Positions 39,071 to 47,989 of a DNA stretch of 64,000 nucleotides are shown piece after piece. A program made the translations under genes and the position numbers. Position 1 is the first letter of the stretch, and each line of letters starts with the position of its first letter. The stretch is from Planctomycetota bacterium (GTDB lineage: Bacteria > Planctomycetota > UBA1135 > UBA2386). The stretch covers positions 5,088,001 through 5,152,000 of the forward strand of contig JBKAGP010000001.1 in the NCBI GenBank assembly GCA_046290465.1, read 5' to 3'. The notes under the pieces are model-generated. The model was given only the letters and a program-made list of their open reading frames with translations. It made no database searches and was not told the DNA's origin.

Positions 39071-41869
39071 CTACTTCGACAGCCGCTCGATCGCCTCGCG
39101 CGCGATCTCGGCGTCCTTGCCGTAGCGGTCCAGCTGCAGCATGCGCTCGTAGCACTGCCGCGCCTTGGCCGGCTCCTGCGGGAACGCGCGTTCGGCAGTG
39201 CGCGCCAGCGCCAGGTAGAGGCGGGCATCCCGCGGGTGGAGCTGCACCGCCTTCATGCCGTCCTCGAACAGCTGGCCGGTGTCGTCGTCCGCGAGTCGGT
39301 GCAGGCGCGCGTTGAGCAGCGCGACGCGGTCGACCGCGGTGGCGTGCTGCGAACGGTCGAAGTGCCGCGCGATCTCGAGGATCGCGTCGAACCGCTCGAA
39401 CTCGGCCAGCGTCAGGTAGCAGTCCTCGCGCAGCCGGTCATTGTGCGGGTGCGCGTAGAGCGCGTCGGCGACCACCTTGGTGCGGCCCTCGGCGGCAGCC
39501 TCGCGCAGCCCCGGCACCACCAGGCTCTGCGCCCTTGCGACCAGCGTGCGGCGGTCGACGCCGACCAGCAGCGGTACGCCGCGGCGCGACGCGGCGGTGC
39601 GCGTCAGGTGGTCCGAGTAGCCTTCGGAGTCGTCGAGCCAGGTGACGACCACGCTGCTCGGCGCGATCGTCGCGGCGAAGGCGTCGTCGGCCGGCAGCTG
39701 CGTCGGGGCCAACCAGCGGTCCCACGAGCCGTTCTCGGCCGGTTCGACCCAGGTGCCGCCCTGCGCGAGCAGCGCGCGCGCGACCAGCAGGGCCAGCAGG
39801 CGACGGCCGTTGCCGTTCGGCGATGCCAGGGCTTCGTTGACGCACGCGATCAGCGCCTGGGTCGCGACACCGGTGGCGGGCAGCGTCGCGCCGACCTGCT
39901 CGGTGGCGATCGCGTCGGCGCGCGCCAGCACCGCCTGCAGCTGGGTGTGCGTGCGGGGCGGCGTCGGTTCGGCGGCCAGCAGCGCTGTGCCGATCGCGTC
40001 CAGGGCCTCGATCGAGAACGGTTGGCAGCCGGCGCCGTGGTCGAGGCAGTCGGCGCGCGACGTGCGCACGATGCGCGTCCTGCCGTTGCCGAGCGTGATG
40101 GCGTAGGTCAGTTCGCGGTCCGTGCACGCGATGCCGAACAGGCCGCTGCCGGTCGCGAGCACCTGCATCTGGCCGTCGGCGCGCACCAGCCAGATCCCGG
40201 TCGGTCGGCCGACGGGCGTGCCGGTGACCAGCCAGCCGTCGCTGGTGGCGGCGACCTGGTTGCAGGTCCGCCAGGCGCCGAGCGGCGCCCGTTCGCCGTC
40301 GGCGGTCGAGACCACGACGACCTGCTGCGGCCATTCGAGCGGCGACAGCAGGCCGGCCTGCCGCGAACGCACCGCGACGTGCGCGCCGCTCGGCGACGCC
40401 ACCAGCTGCTGGATGCGCAGGTCGCCGAGGTCGGCGAGGCGCTGTTCGCTGCCGTCGGCGCGGCGGCGGACCAGCGTCTGGCGCACGTCGTCCTGCGCGC
40501 GCCAGTTCCTCTCGAGGCCGATGCGCGGGCGCGGTCGGGTCTGCACCACGAACAGGTCCTCGCCGCAGGCCGCCGCCGCCTGCGCGTCGCACAGCTTTTC
40601 GCCGACCTTGCCGTCGACGATCTTGCACAGCTTGCCGTCCTGGCACAGCAGCAGGCCGCCGCCGTGCGGCACGACGCACCACTGCCCGTACTCGTTGCTG
40701 CGGTAGACGGCCTTGCGGCCGTCGTCGTCGATGCGCCACGCAGCGCGGTGCTCGCAGACCACCACGCTGCCGTCGTCGAGCTGCACGGAGCCGTTCGGCG
40801 ACCACATCTCGAGCTCGGCCAGCTGCCGGCCACGACCGGCGAACGCGCGGGTGCGCGCCGGCCATTCCGGTTCTGCGGGCGGCGTGGCGCCGACGTCGGG
40901 CAGCGTCAGCGGCGTCGGGCCGGCGACGACCGCGATGCTGCGCAGCAGGGCGTCCCGCACCGGGCGCGCGTCGCCGGCCTTGCCCGGCGCGAAGTAGCGC
41001 ATCATCAGGGCGCTGCCGTTGCGCTGCATCAGCAGCGAGTGGGTGGTGTGCTGCTTGCTCTGGCAGATCATCAGCGTCGCGTCGCAGTCCGCCAGCGCGA
41101 ACGGCTTGCGCGACAGCTCCACGGTGCTCTCCTCGTATTCGGTCAGCGCCTGCAGCTCCTGACCGAGCAGGTAGTCGGCGTTGGCGCCGTGGTCGGTCGT
41201 GTAGACCATCACGATGTGGTCGCCGTCCGGCGACACCAGCCGGACCTGCTCGTCATACTCGTTGGGCTCCTTGCAGAGCATCACCGGCGCCGCCTCGAAC
41301 GTGATCCGCAGCGACCCATCGCGGGCCTCGTGGCGGATCGGCTTCGCTGCCGTGCGCCAGGTCGCATCGGCCGCAGGGAACGAGAAACCGTCGTGCAGCG
41401 CCTTGCTGCGCTCGGCCAGGAAGCGGCGATCCTTGCGCGGCGACCACGTCAGCACGTGGTAGGCGAGCCCCGGCTGGACCAGCAGGTCGGAGTGGAACAC
41501 GACCTGCACGCCGTTGACCTTGGCCTCGATCCGGCGCGAGGCGCGTGTCCACTGCGCCTCGGCGACCACCTCGACAGGCTCGCCGATGCCGACCGTGGTC
41601 AGCCAGTCCAGCGCGCGCACGTAGTCGCCCTCGTTCTCGTAGATGCCCTGCAGCTCGCGCACGGTCGCGTAGACCTCACGGCGCCGGAACAGGCTGCCCT
41701 TGGAGCCGTTGAACTGGTCGGCGTCGTCGTCCTTGTCGAGCGTCTGCCGCCGCCAGCCGTCGTCGAGCTTCAGCGTGGCGCCGACCGAGCCGATATCGTG
41801 CGCCTTCTGCGCGGCCAGCGCCGCGGCCAACAGTGCGGTGGCGAGGATCCCTCTGCGAGCGGTGTGCAT
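39071..41869 (-). CDS. Secreted hypothetical protein with propeller-like middle and C-terminal TPR
   Basis: Signal peptide LAA|Q, C-terminal KAVQLHPRDARLYLALA..ARQCYERMLQLD. Confidence 0.75.
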   Translation of the reverse strand: MHTARRGILATALLAAALAAQKAHDIGSVGATLKLDDGWRRQTLDKDDDADQFNGSKGSLFRRREVYATVRELQGIYENEGDYVRALDWLTTVGIGEPVEVVAEAQWTRASRRIEAKVNGVQVVFHSDLLVQPGLAYHVLTWSPRKDRRFLAERSKALHDGFSFPAADATWRTAAKPIRHEARDGSLRITFEAAPVMLCKEPNEYDEQVRLVSPDGDHIVMVYTTDHGANADYLLGQELQALTEYEESTVELSRKPFALADCDATLMICQSKQHTTHSLLMQRNGSALMMRYFAPGKAGDARPVRDALLRSIAVVAGPTPLTLPDVGATPPAEPEWPARTRAFAGRGRQLAELEMWSPNGSVQLDDGSVVVCEHRAAWRIDDDGRKAVYRSNEYGQWCVVPHGGGLLLCQDGKLCKIVDGKVGEKLCDAQAAAACGEDLFVVQTRPRPRIGLERNWRAQDDVRQTLVRRRADGSEQRLADLGDLRIQQLVASPSGAHVAVRSRQAGLLSPLEWPQQVVVVSTADGERAPLGAWRTCNQVAATSDGWLVTGTPVGRPTGIWLVRADGQMQVLATGSGLFGIACTDRELTYAITLGNGRTRIVRTSRADCLDHGAGCQPFSIEALDAIGTALLAAEPTPPRTHTQLQAVLARADAIATEQVGATLPATGVATQALIACVNEALASPNGNGRRLLALLVARALLAQGGTWVEPAENGSWDRWLAPTQLPADDAFAATIAPSSVVVTWLDDSEGYSDHLTRTAASRRGVPLLVGVDRRTLVARAQSLVVPGLREAAAEGRTKVVADALYAHPHNDRLREDCYLTLAEFERFDAILEIARHFDRSQHATAVDRVALLNARLHRLADDDTGQLFEDGMKAVQLHPRDARLYLALARTAERAFPQEPAKARQCYERMLQLDRYGKDAEIAREAIERLSK

Positions 41870-41889
41870 GCCGCGCGCATCCTACCGGC

Positions 41890-42561
41890 CTACTCGCGCA
41901 GCCGGTAGCCGACGCCGTGCACGGTCAGCAGCCACGCGGGCGCCTTCGGGTCGCGCTCGATCTTCTTGCGCAGCTGGAACACGTGGGTGTCGACGGTGCG
42001 GGTCGTCGGGGTCGCATCGTACCCCCAGACCGCGCGCAGCAGGTCGTCGCGGGAGCAGGCCTGGCCGCGGTGGCGCAGCAGGTGCGCGAGCAGTTCGGCC
42101 TCCTTGGGCAGCAGCCGATGCTCGGCGTTGGCGCGCAGCACCCGGTGGCCGGCGATGTCGATCTCGGCGTCGCCGAGGCGCAGGCTCGCCGACGGCTGCT
42201 CGACGCGACGCTGCACCGCCTGGATGCGCGCGTCCAGCTCGTGCACGCTGAACGGCTTGACCACGTAGTCGTCGGCGCCGGTCTGCAGGCCGAGCACGCG
42301 CTGCTCGGTCTCCCCGTGCGCGGTCAGCACGATCACCGGGGTCTTGTCACCGCCGCGACGCAGCGCGCGCAGCACGTCGAGGCCGTCGCCGTCGGGCAGC
42401 CGCAGGTCGAGCAGCACCATGTGGAAGCGCTGCTCGGCGAGGGCGCCGTCGGCGTCGGCGATCGTCGCGCAACCCCGCACGTGCCAGCCGCGGCCGACGA
42501 AGTAGTCGACCAGGCTCTCGCGGATGCTCGCGTCGTCCTCGACCACCAGCAGCTGGTCCAT
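41890..42561 (-). CDS. OmpR/PhoB-family response regulator
   Basis: LLVVEDD, LLDLRLPDGDG, GADDYVVKPF, TRTVDTHVFQLRKK, LTVHGVGYR. Confidence 0.96.
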   Translation of the reverse strand: MDQLLVVEDDASIRESLVDYFVGRGWHVRGCATIADADGALAEQRFHMVLLDLRLPDGDGLDVLRALRRGGDKTPVIVLTAHGETEQRVLGLQTGADDYVVKPFSVHELDARIQAVQRRVEQPSASLRLGDAEIDIAGHRVLRANAEHRLLPKEAELLAHLLRHRGQACSRDDLLRAVWGYDATPTTRTVDTHVFQLRKKIERDPKAPAWLLTVHGVGYRLRE

Positions 42562-44288
42562 CAGGCGCGCTCCCGGCCAGTGGCGATCGGCAGCCGCAGC
42601 GAGAACACCGCGCCGCCGCCGTCGCGGTCGTGCACCTCGACGCTGCCGCCGTGTGCCCGCGCCGCCGATGCGACCAGCGCGAGGCCGAGGCCGCTGCCCT
42701 GGATGCCGGGCGTCGCCGAGCTCGCCCGCACGAACGGCTGGAAGATCGCCGCCCGTTCGTCGCGGCGCACGCCGGGGCCGGTGTCGGCGACCTCGACCGT
42801 GACCGCGCGCGTGTCCGCCGTCGCGCGCACCGCCACCGTCGAGCCGGGCGGTGCGTACTTGGCGGCGTTCTCCAGCAGGTTGCGCAGCGCCCGCGTCAGC
42901 ACTTCGAGGTCGACGTCGACGTCCGGCAGGCCGCGCGGCGCGTCGACGTCGAGGCGCTGGTCGACCAGCCGCAGCGCCGGCATGCCGGCGCGCAGGCCGC
43001 GCGCCAGCACGCTGCGCGTCGGCACGACCTCGCGCTGCAGTTCGGCGCCGCGCTCGAGCCGGCCGAAGTCGAGGATGCGCTGTACCTGGTCGGTCAGGCG
43101 CTGCACGTCGCGGTCGAGCGCCTGCAGGTAGTGCTGCCGCCGTGCGGCCGGCACGTCGCCGCGGGCGAGCATCTCGGACTTGAGCGACAGGGCGGTCAGC
43201 GGCGTGCGCAGTTCGTGGCTGACGACGTCGACGAAGTCGCGGCGCATCCGGACCAGCGCCAGTTCGCGGCGCGAGAACCGCCAGACCAGCAAGTTGCCGA
43301 GCACCAGCGTCGCGATCGCGAGGCCGAGGCAGGTGCGCGCCGCGAGCGTCAACTGGGCGCTGGCGGGCGCGGCGGTGCGGCGGCCCTGCAGCGCGGCGCG
43401 TGCAAGGGCGGCCTGCGTCAGCTCGTGGCCGGGGTGGCCGCGCTCTGCTTCGCGCGCCGCCGCAGCGCACAGGTCCGCGACCAGCGCCGGCCCCAGGGCC
43501 GCGACCGTGCGGTCGGAGGTCGGCACGAGCAGGATGCCGCCGGTCGTCTCGATCGCGGTCTCGGGCACCGGCCGCAGCGAGGCCTGCAGCGACGCAGCCG
43601 CGGCGCTGCGCAAGGCGCGCAGGCCTTGGGCGTCGCGGCGGTCGGGCGCGGCGGCAACGATCGCGTCGGCGACCGCGCCGACGGCCGCGGCCGGCGGCCT
43701 GGTCGCGAGCTCGAGCATCGCCGCGAACCCGTCGTCGTCGAGGCCGTCGAGGCGTGCGCGTTGCAGCGCCGCGAGCAGCGCGAACGGCAGGTCGCCGGAC
43801 CAGGTGTCCCGGTAGCGTTCTTCGGCGTCGTCGAGGAGCGCGGCCGCCGCCGCCCGGTCCGGCAGCACGGCACTGTAGGCCAGCGTGCCCTCGGGGCTCA
43901 GTCGGCCCTTGCCGGCGGCGTAGGCGAAGAACGGCAGCGCCGCTTCGGGGTCCCCGCGCAGCAGGTGGCGGTTGGCGGTCGCCTCGGCTACCGAGAGCTG
44001 GCGCGCCGAGTCCGCCCCGCCCGGGCCTTCGAACGGACCGACGAGCCGGCGCGCCGCGTCGAGTCGCAGCTGCGGCCGCTGCGCCGCGGCAGCTGCGGTC
44101 ACGCGGCGGGTGATGGCGTCGTGCGCCGCGTCGAGGAACGCCGCGTCCTCGCGCTGTTCCTGCTCCGTCGCCGCGCCGATGACGCCGCCGTAGGTCAGCC
44201 AGCCCCACGCACCCGTCAGCGCGGCCGGGATCAGCAGCGTCAGCAGCAGCGCCAGGCCGGTTCGCGACGGGAGCTTCATCGGCAGCAT
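42561..44288 (-). CDS. Two-TM sensor histidine kinase
   Basis: VSHELRTPL, NLLENAAKY, VADTGPG, GSGLGL. TGATG coupling to the regulator. Start is 44288 or 44279. Confidence 0.94.
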   Translation of the reverse strand: MLPMKLPSRTGLALLLTLLIPAALTGAWGWLTYGGVIGAATEQEQREDAAFLDAAHDAITRRVTAAAAAQRPQLRLDAARRLVGPFEGPGGADSARQLSVAEATANRHLLRGDPEAALPFFAYAAGKGRLSPEGTLAYSAVLPDRAAAAALLDDAEERYRDTWSGDLPFALLAALQRARLDGLDDDGFAAMLELATRPPAAAVGAVADAIVAAAPDRRDAQGLRALRSAAAASLQASLRPVPETAIETTGGILLVPTSDRTVAALGPALVADLCAAAAREAERGHPGHELTQAALARAALQGRRTAAPASAQLTLAARTCLGLAIATLVLGNLLVWRFSRRELALVRMRRDFVDVVSHELRTPLTALSLKSEMLARGDVPAARRQHYLQALDRDVQRLTDQVQRILDFGRLERGAELQREVVPTRSVLARGLRAGMPALRLVDQRLDVDAPRGLPDVDVDLEVLTRALRNLLENAAKYAPPGSTVAVRATADTRAVTVEVADTGPGVRRDERAAIFQPFVRASSATPGIQGSGLGLALVASAARAHGGSVEVHDRDGGGAVFSLRLPIATGRERA

Positions 44289-44422
44289 CCTAGAGCGCGA
44301 TGCCGGCGCGGCGAGCGTGTCGAAGTCATGGGGTTGTCAAAGCTGTGAGCGCAGCGCCAGGAGGACGGCACGTTTCACAGGCCCATGACAACGGTTCGGG
44401 CTCGATCGCCGTCAATGCTCCC

Positions 44423-47092
44423 ATGAGAGACAAGTGGACTTCGGGCGCCGTGGCGCTGTTCTTGACCTGCGGCGCCGGGATCGCCCAGGATCGCATCGAC
44501 GAGCAGATCACGCGGGCGCGGCTGCTCTACACGCGCGGCGAGCTGCAACAGGCCGAGCGGTCGCTGCGCGGCGCGGTGCAGGACGGCAGCGACGCGCAGC
44601 GCCAGCAGGCGCGCGCGCTGCTGGCCCAGCTGCACGGCGAGGCGCTGGTCGCGGCAGAGCCTGCCGCCGTCGCGGCGACCGGGCAGGACCCGCAGGCATC
44701 GGGCGACGACCCGATCTACGCGCTGATCCGGGTGCTCAACCGCGGCTCCCAGGGCAAGGAGATCCGCGACGCGCGCGACGAACTGCGCAGCCTGGGCGAG
44801 CTGGTGGTGCAGCACCTGATCGACACGTTCCCGAAGCTCGGCCCGTTCGGCGTGCAGAACGTGCTCGGGCTGCTTCGCTACCACGACGACCCGCGCGTCA
44901 CCGCGATGCTGCAGCACCAGGTCGAGAACGGCCGGCGCGAGGTCGTCGCGTCGATCGCCAAGAACCTGGGCAAGCTGCACATGAGCGTGTCGCGGCCGCT
45001 GGCGAAGCGCTTTGCCGAGGCCGGCCAGCCCGACGAATACCGGTTGGCGGCGCTCGGCGTCATGCTCAAGGACGCGCCGGAGTCCGGGGAGTGCCAGCAG
45101 CTCGAAGCCGCGCTGCTCGCGAGCGAGGACGCCGATGTGCGCGGCGAAGCGCTGAGCATCGCCGTGCTGGCGGGGCGCATGGAGCAGCCCGCGGCGCTCG
45201 CGGTGCTCAACGGCCTGCCGCAGTCGCAGCAGGCCTGGCGTCCGCTGTACTGGGCGGCCGCCCACGACGACTGGCTGGAGGTCGCCAAGGTCGGCGCCCG
45301 GGCCGCGCTGTCCGAGAGCGGTTACGCCCAGTCGCTGCGTCAGTACGTCGACGAGTTCGAGTGGTGGCGCGGTGACGATGAGGGCATGGAGCTTGTGCTG
45401 CGGATGGCCGAGCGCTCCGACAAGGCCTTGCAGGCAGGGCGCGTGGTCCTGTCCCGGGCCGTCGAGCGCGGCTGGAAGGTGCCCCCGTCGATGGACAACC
45501 GCATCTGCGAGTTGATCGGTCGGACCAACGCCTCCCAGTTTTACACGTTCGTCAACGGTCTGCCGGTCGACGGTGAGGCCCGCGCGATCGCGATCTGGGA
45601 GCGTTACCCCCAATACCGCAAGGAGCTGATCAACGCCGTCCGCGGTCTGTCGCGGCCGTGGCACCGACTGATGGTGAAGCACCTGCTCTCGATCGCGAAC
45701 GGCTGGGAGATCGACCAGGGCATCGTCGGCCGCGACTGGTCGGGTGCGTCGCAGGACGTGATCGCCGACCTGAAGCGGTTCACCGCGAAGTGGCCGAAGA
45801 TGGCGTCGGGCGTGTCCGACCAGTGGATGGGCAGCCTGGCGGCCGCCTACCGGTCTTACGACGAGATCGGCCTCGACGTCGTGGAGCCGCAGCTGTGGGC
45901 CGGCAACCAGCGCGTCTGGTCGGTCGTGATGAACGTCGATCCGACGGGCGTGCTCGAGCGTGCGGCGGCGATCGAGGAGTTGCCGGTCGACGTCGCCGAA
46001 CAACTCGCCAGGTTGCTCTACGAGCACGGTCGTCGGCGAGATCTGCCGCTGGCGCTGCGGCTGATGAAGTTGCCGGTCGATGCGGCGGCGTGGGACTTCC
46101 TGGGCTCCTACGCGATCATGCATGCCGCCGGCAGCCTCGAGCTGCTGCAGCTGGTCGCGAATCCCGAAGGGCTGACCAGGGAAGGGCGCGCGAAGGCCGC
46201 GGAGATGGCGCATGTCGCCTGCCGCGGCGCCGACGTCGCCAACCTCGATGCCTACCTCGCCGTCGTTCCGGACCTCGGCCTCGACGCGATGCAGAGTGTC
46301 TGGCGCTCGTTCCACGGCCGCGTCGGGCCGGCCCACGTCGACGCCCTCGCAGCCGCGCTGCGTGCGCTGGCCGAAGCGGACTGGAAGGTCCGCGGCCGCG
46401 ACAGCAACGGCAAGCGCGCGGCGCTGCTCGGACGCGGCCTGATCACGTTGCTGGCATCGACCAGCACGGTGCGCGCGGTGCCGGCGCTGCGCGCGGTCGT
46501 CGCGGATCGTTCGTCGTCGGACGCCAACGTCTACCTGGCCGTCGACGCGCTGCTGAAGGTGGCGGGGGACGAGCGCAACGCGATCGTCGCCGAACTGCTG
46601 CGTTCGGAGCGCGCCGAGGCGGCCATCGGGGCGCTGCAGGACGACGGCATTCCCGCCAACCGGGAACTGCAGGGTCTCGCGCTGGAGGTGGTGCTGCGGC
46701 TGGCGCAGCACACGCGAGGCGTCGAGGTGATCTTCGGCAGGCTCTCGCGCGAGGACCGGCAGCGGTTCGCCAAGGCCGTGCTCGAGCACCCCGACATGCC
46801 GCGCTTCCGTCGCGACGTGATGTTCGCGGCGCTGGAGTCGTATGCGGGCAGCAAGGACACGACGTTCCTGCCGCAGATGAAGCTCGCCACCACGCACGAG
46901 GACGAACGGGTGCGCAGCACGGCGGCGGGCCTGCTCGGCAAGACGTTCACGCGGGAGGCGGTCGAACCGCTGCTCGACCTGCTTCGCGACGACCACTCGT
47001 CGGTCCGCAAGTCCGCCCAGTCGAGCCTCGACATGATCGCCAACTACCTCGAGCAGCGCGAGAAGTGGGAGCAGCGCTTCCGCCGGAAGTAG
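44423..47092 (+). CDS. Secreted HEAT-repeat protein
   Basis: Signal peptide GIA|Q, HEAT motifs SEDADVRGEAL, HEDERVRSTAAGLLG and LRDDHSSVRKSA. Confidence 0.8.
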   Translation: MRDKWTSGAVALFLTCGAGIAQDRIDEQITRARLLYTRGELQQAERSLRGAVQDGSDAQRQQARALLAQLHGEALVAAEPAAVAATGQDPQASGDDPIYALIRVLNRGSQGKEIRDARDELRSLGELVVQHLIDTFPKLGPFGVQNVLGLLRYHDDPRVTAMLQHQVENGRREVVASIAKNLGKLHMSVSRPLAKRFAEAGQPDEYRLAALGVMLKDAPESGECQQLEAALLASEDADVRGEALSIAVLAGRMEQPAALAVLNGLPQSQQAWRPLYWAAAHDDWLEVAKVGARAALSESGYAQSLRQYVDEFEWWRGDDEGMELVLRMAERSDKALQAGRVVLSRAVERGWKVPPSMDNRICELIGRTNASQFYTFVNGLPVDGEARAIAIWERYPQYRKELINAVRGLSRPWHRLMVKHLLSIANGWEIDQGIVGRDWSGASQDVIADLKRFTAKWPKMASGVSDQWMGSLAAAYRSYDEIGLDVVEPQLWAGNQRVWSVVMNVDPTGVLERAAAIEELPVDVAEQLARLLYEHGRRRDLPLALRLMKLPVDAAAWDFLGSYAIMHAAGSLELLQLVANPEGLTREGRAKAAEMAHVACRGADVANLDAYLAVVPDLGLDAMQSVWRSFHGRVGPAHVDALAAALRALAEADWKVRGRDSNGKRAALLGRGLITLLASTSTVRAVPALRAVVADRSSSDANVYLAVDALLKVAGDERNAIVAELLRSERAEAAIGALQDDGIPANRELQGLALEVVLRLAQHTRGVEVIFGRLSREDRQRFAKAVLEHPDMPRFRRDVMFAALESYAGSKDTTFLPQMKLATTHEDERVRSTAAGLLGKTFTREAVEPLLDLLRDDHSSVRKSAQSSLDMIANYLEQREKWEQRFRRK

Positions 47093-47160
47093 CCGCACGG
47101 TACGCGGTTCATCCTCCAACATTCGCGGCCGCGAATGTTGGAGGATGAACCGCGTACCGT
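47089..47160. repeat. GTAG-initiated palindromic REP-like element, copy 2 (contains a perfect 64-bp palindrome)
   Basis: 47097-47128 is the exact reverse complement of 47129-47160. Confidence 0.85.
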
Positions 47161-47168
47161 ACCGCAAC

Positions 47169-47954
47169 TCAGCGGATGGCGTCGATCTTCCAGGTGCCGG
47201 ACTTCTTGACGAACTCGAACGTGAGCGGTTCGCCGTCGGTGCTGCCGTCCTTGCGCGTCAGGATGGTGCGGATGCGCTGGGTGGCGCGGTCGTCCGCGAC
47301 CTCGTGGCCGGAGAACTGCCACTTCTGGATCGCGATCTCGCCGGACACGAACAGCGGCGTGAACGCGCTGCGCGACGCCTGCTGCTGCTGCTTGCCGGCG
47401 TCGGTCATGTTGGCGGTCATGCCGCCGAGGTCCTGGAGCTTCGACGCCGCGACGTAGGCAGTGACGATCGGGCCGAGCTCGGGGTGCGGCGTGGTCTCGG
47501 CGACCGCGCTCGCCAGCCGTTCGCGCGCCTCCGCCTCGAGGTCGGCGAAGCGGCGCACGTCGCCGCCGCGTTCGCGCGCGAAGCCGCTGACGCCCCAGGC
47601 GAAGTCGTCGAGCTCGAGCTGCAGGAACAGCGTCTGCTCGCCGCGTTCGCCGGCGATCGCGACCTCGACGACGCCCTGGTCCCCGTCGCGCTCGGCGCCG
47701 CGCACCATCACCCTGGACGGATCGCGGACCTCGCGTTCGAGCAGCAGGCCGTAGAACTCCTGTTCGGCGGCGAAGTAGCCGCGCGCGGACGGCGCCGCGG
47801 TGGCCGTCGCCGCGGCGAAGTCCTGGGCCTCCATCGCGTTGGCGAACCGGGCGGCGGTCTGGCGCAGCGCGACCAGCAGCTCTTCGTCGGTCGGCACGGT
47901 CGTGGACTCGCAGGCGCACAGCGCCAGCAGCAGGACGAGCGAGGGCTTGTTCAT
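47169..47954 (-). CDS. Lipoprotein with two NTF2/DUF4878-like domains
   Basis: MNKPSLVLLLALCAC signal. Two halves end in WGVSGF and WKIDAIR. Confidence 0.7.
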   Translation of the reverse strand: MNKPSLVLLLALCACESTTVPTDEELLVALRQTAARFANAMEAQDFAAATATAAPSARGYFAAEQEFYGLLLEREVRDPSRVMVRGAERDGDQGVVEVAIAGERGEQTLFLQLELDDFAWGVSGFARERGGDVRRFADLEAEARERLASAVAETTPHPELGPIVTAYVAASKLQDLGGMTANMTDAGKQQQQASRSAFTPLFVSGEIAIQKWQFSGHEVADDRATQRIRTILTRKDGSTDGEPLTFEFVKKSGTWKIDAIR

Positions 47955-47989
47955 CCCGGCAACGTCGCCGAACGGCGGCGACGACTCAA

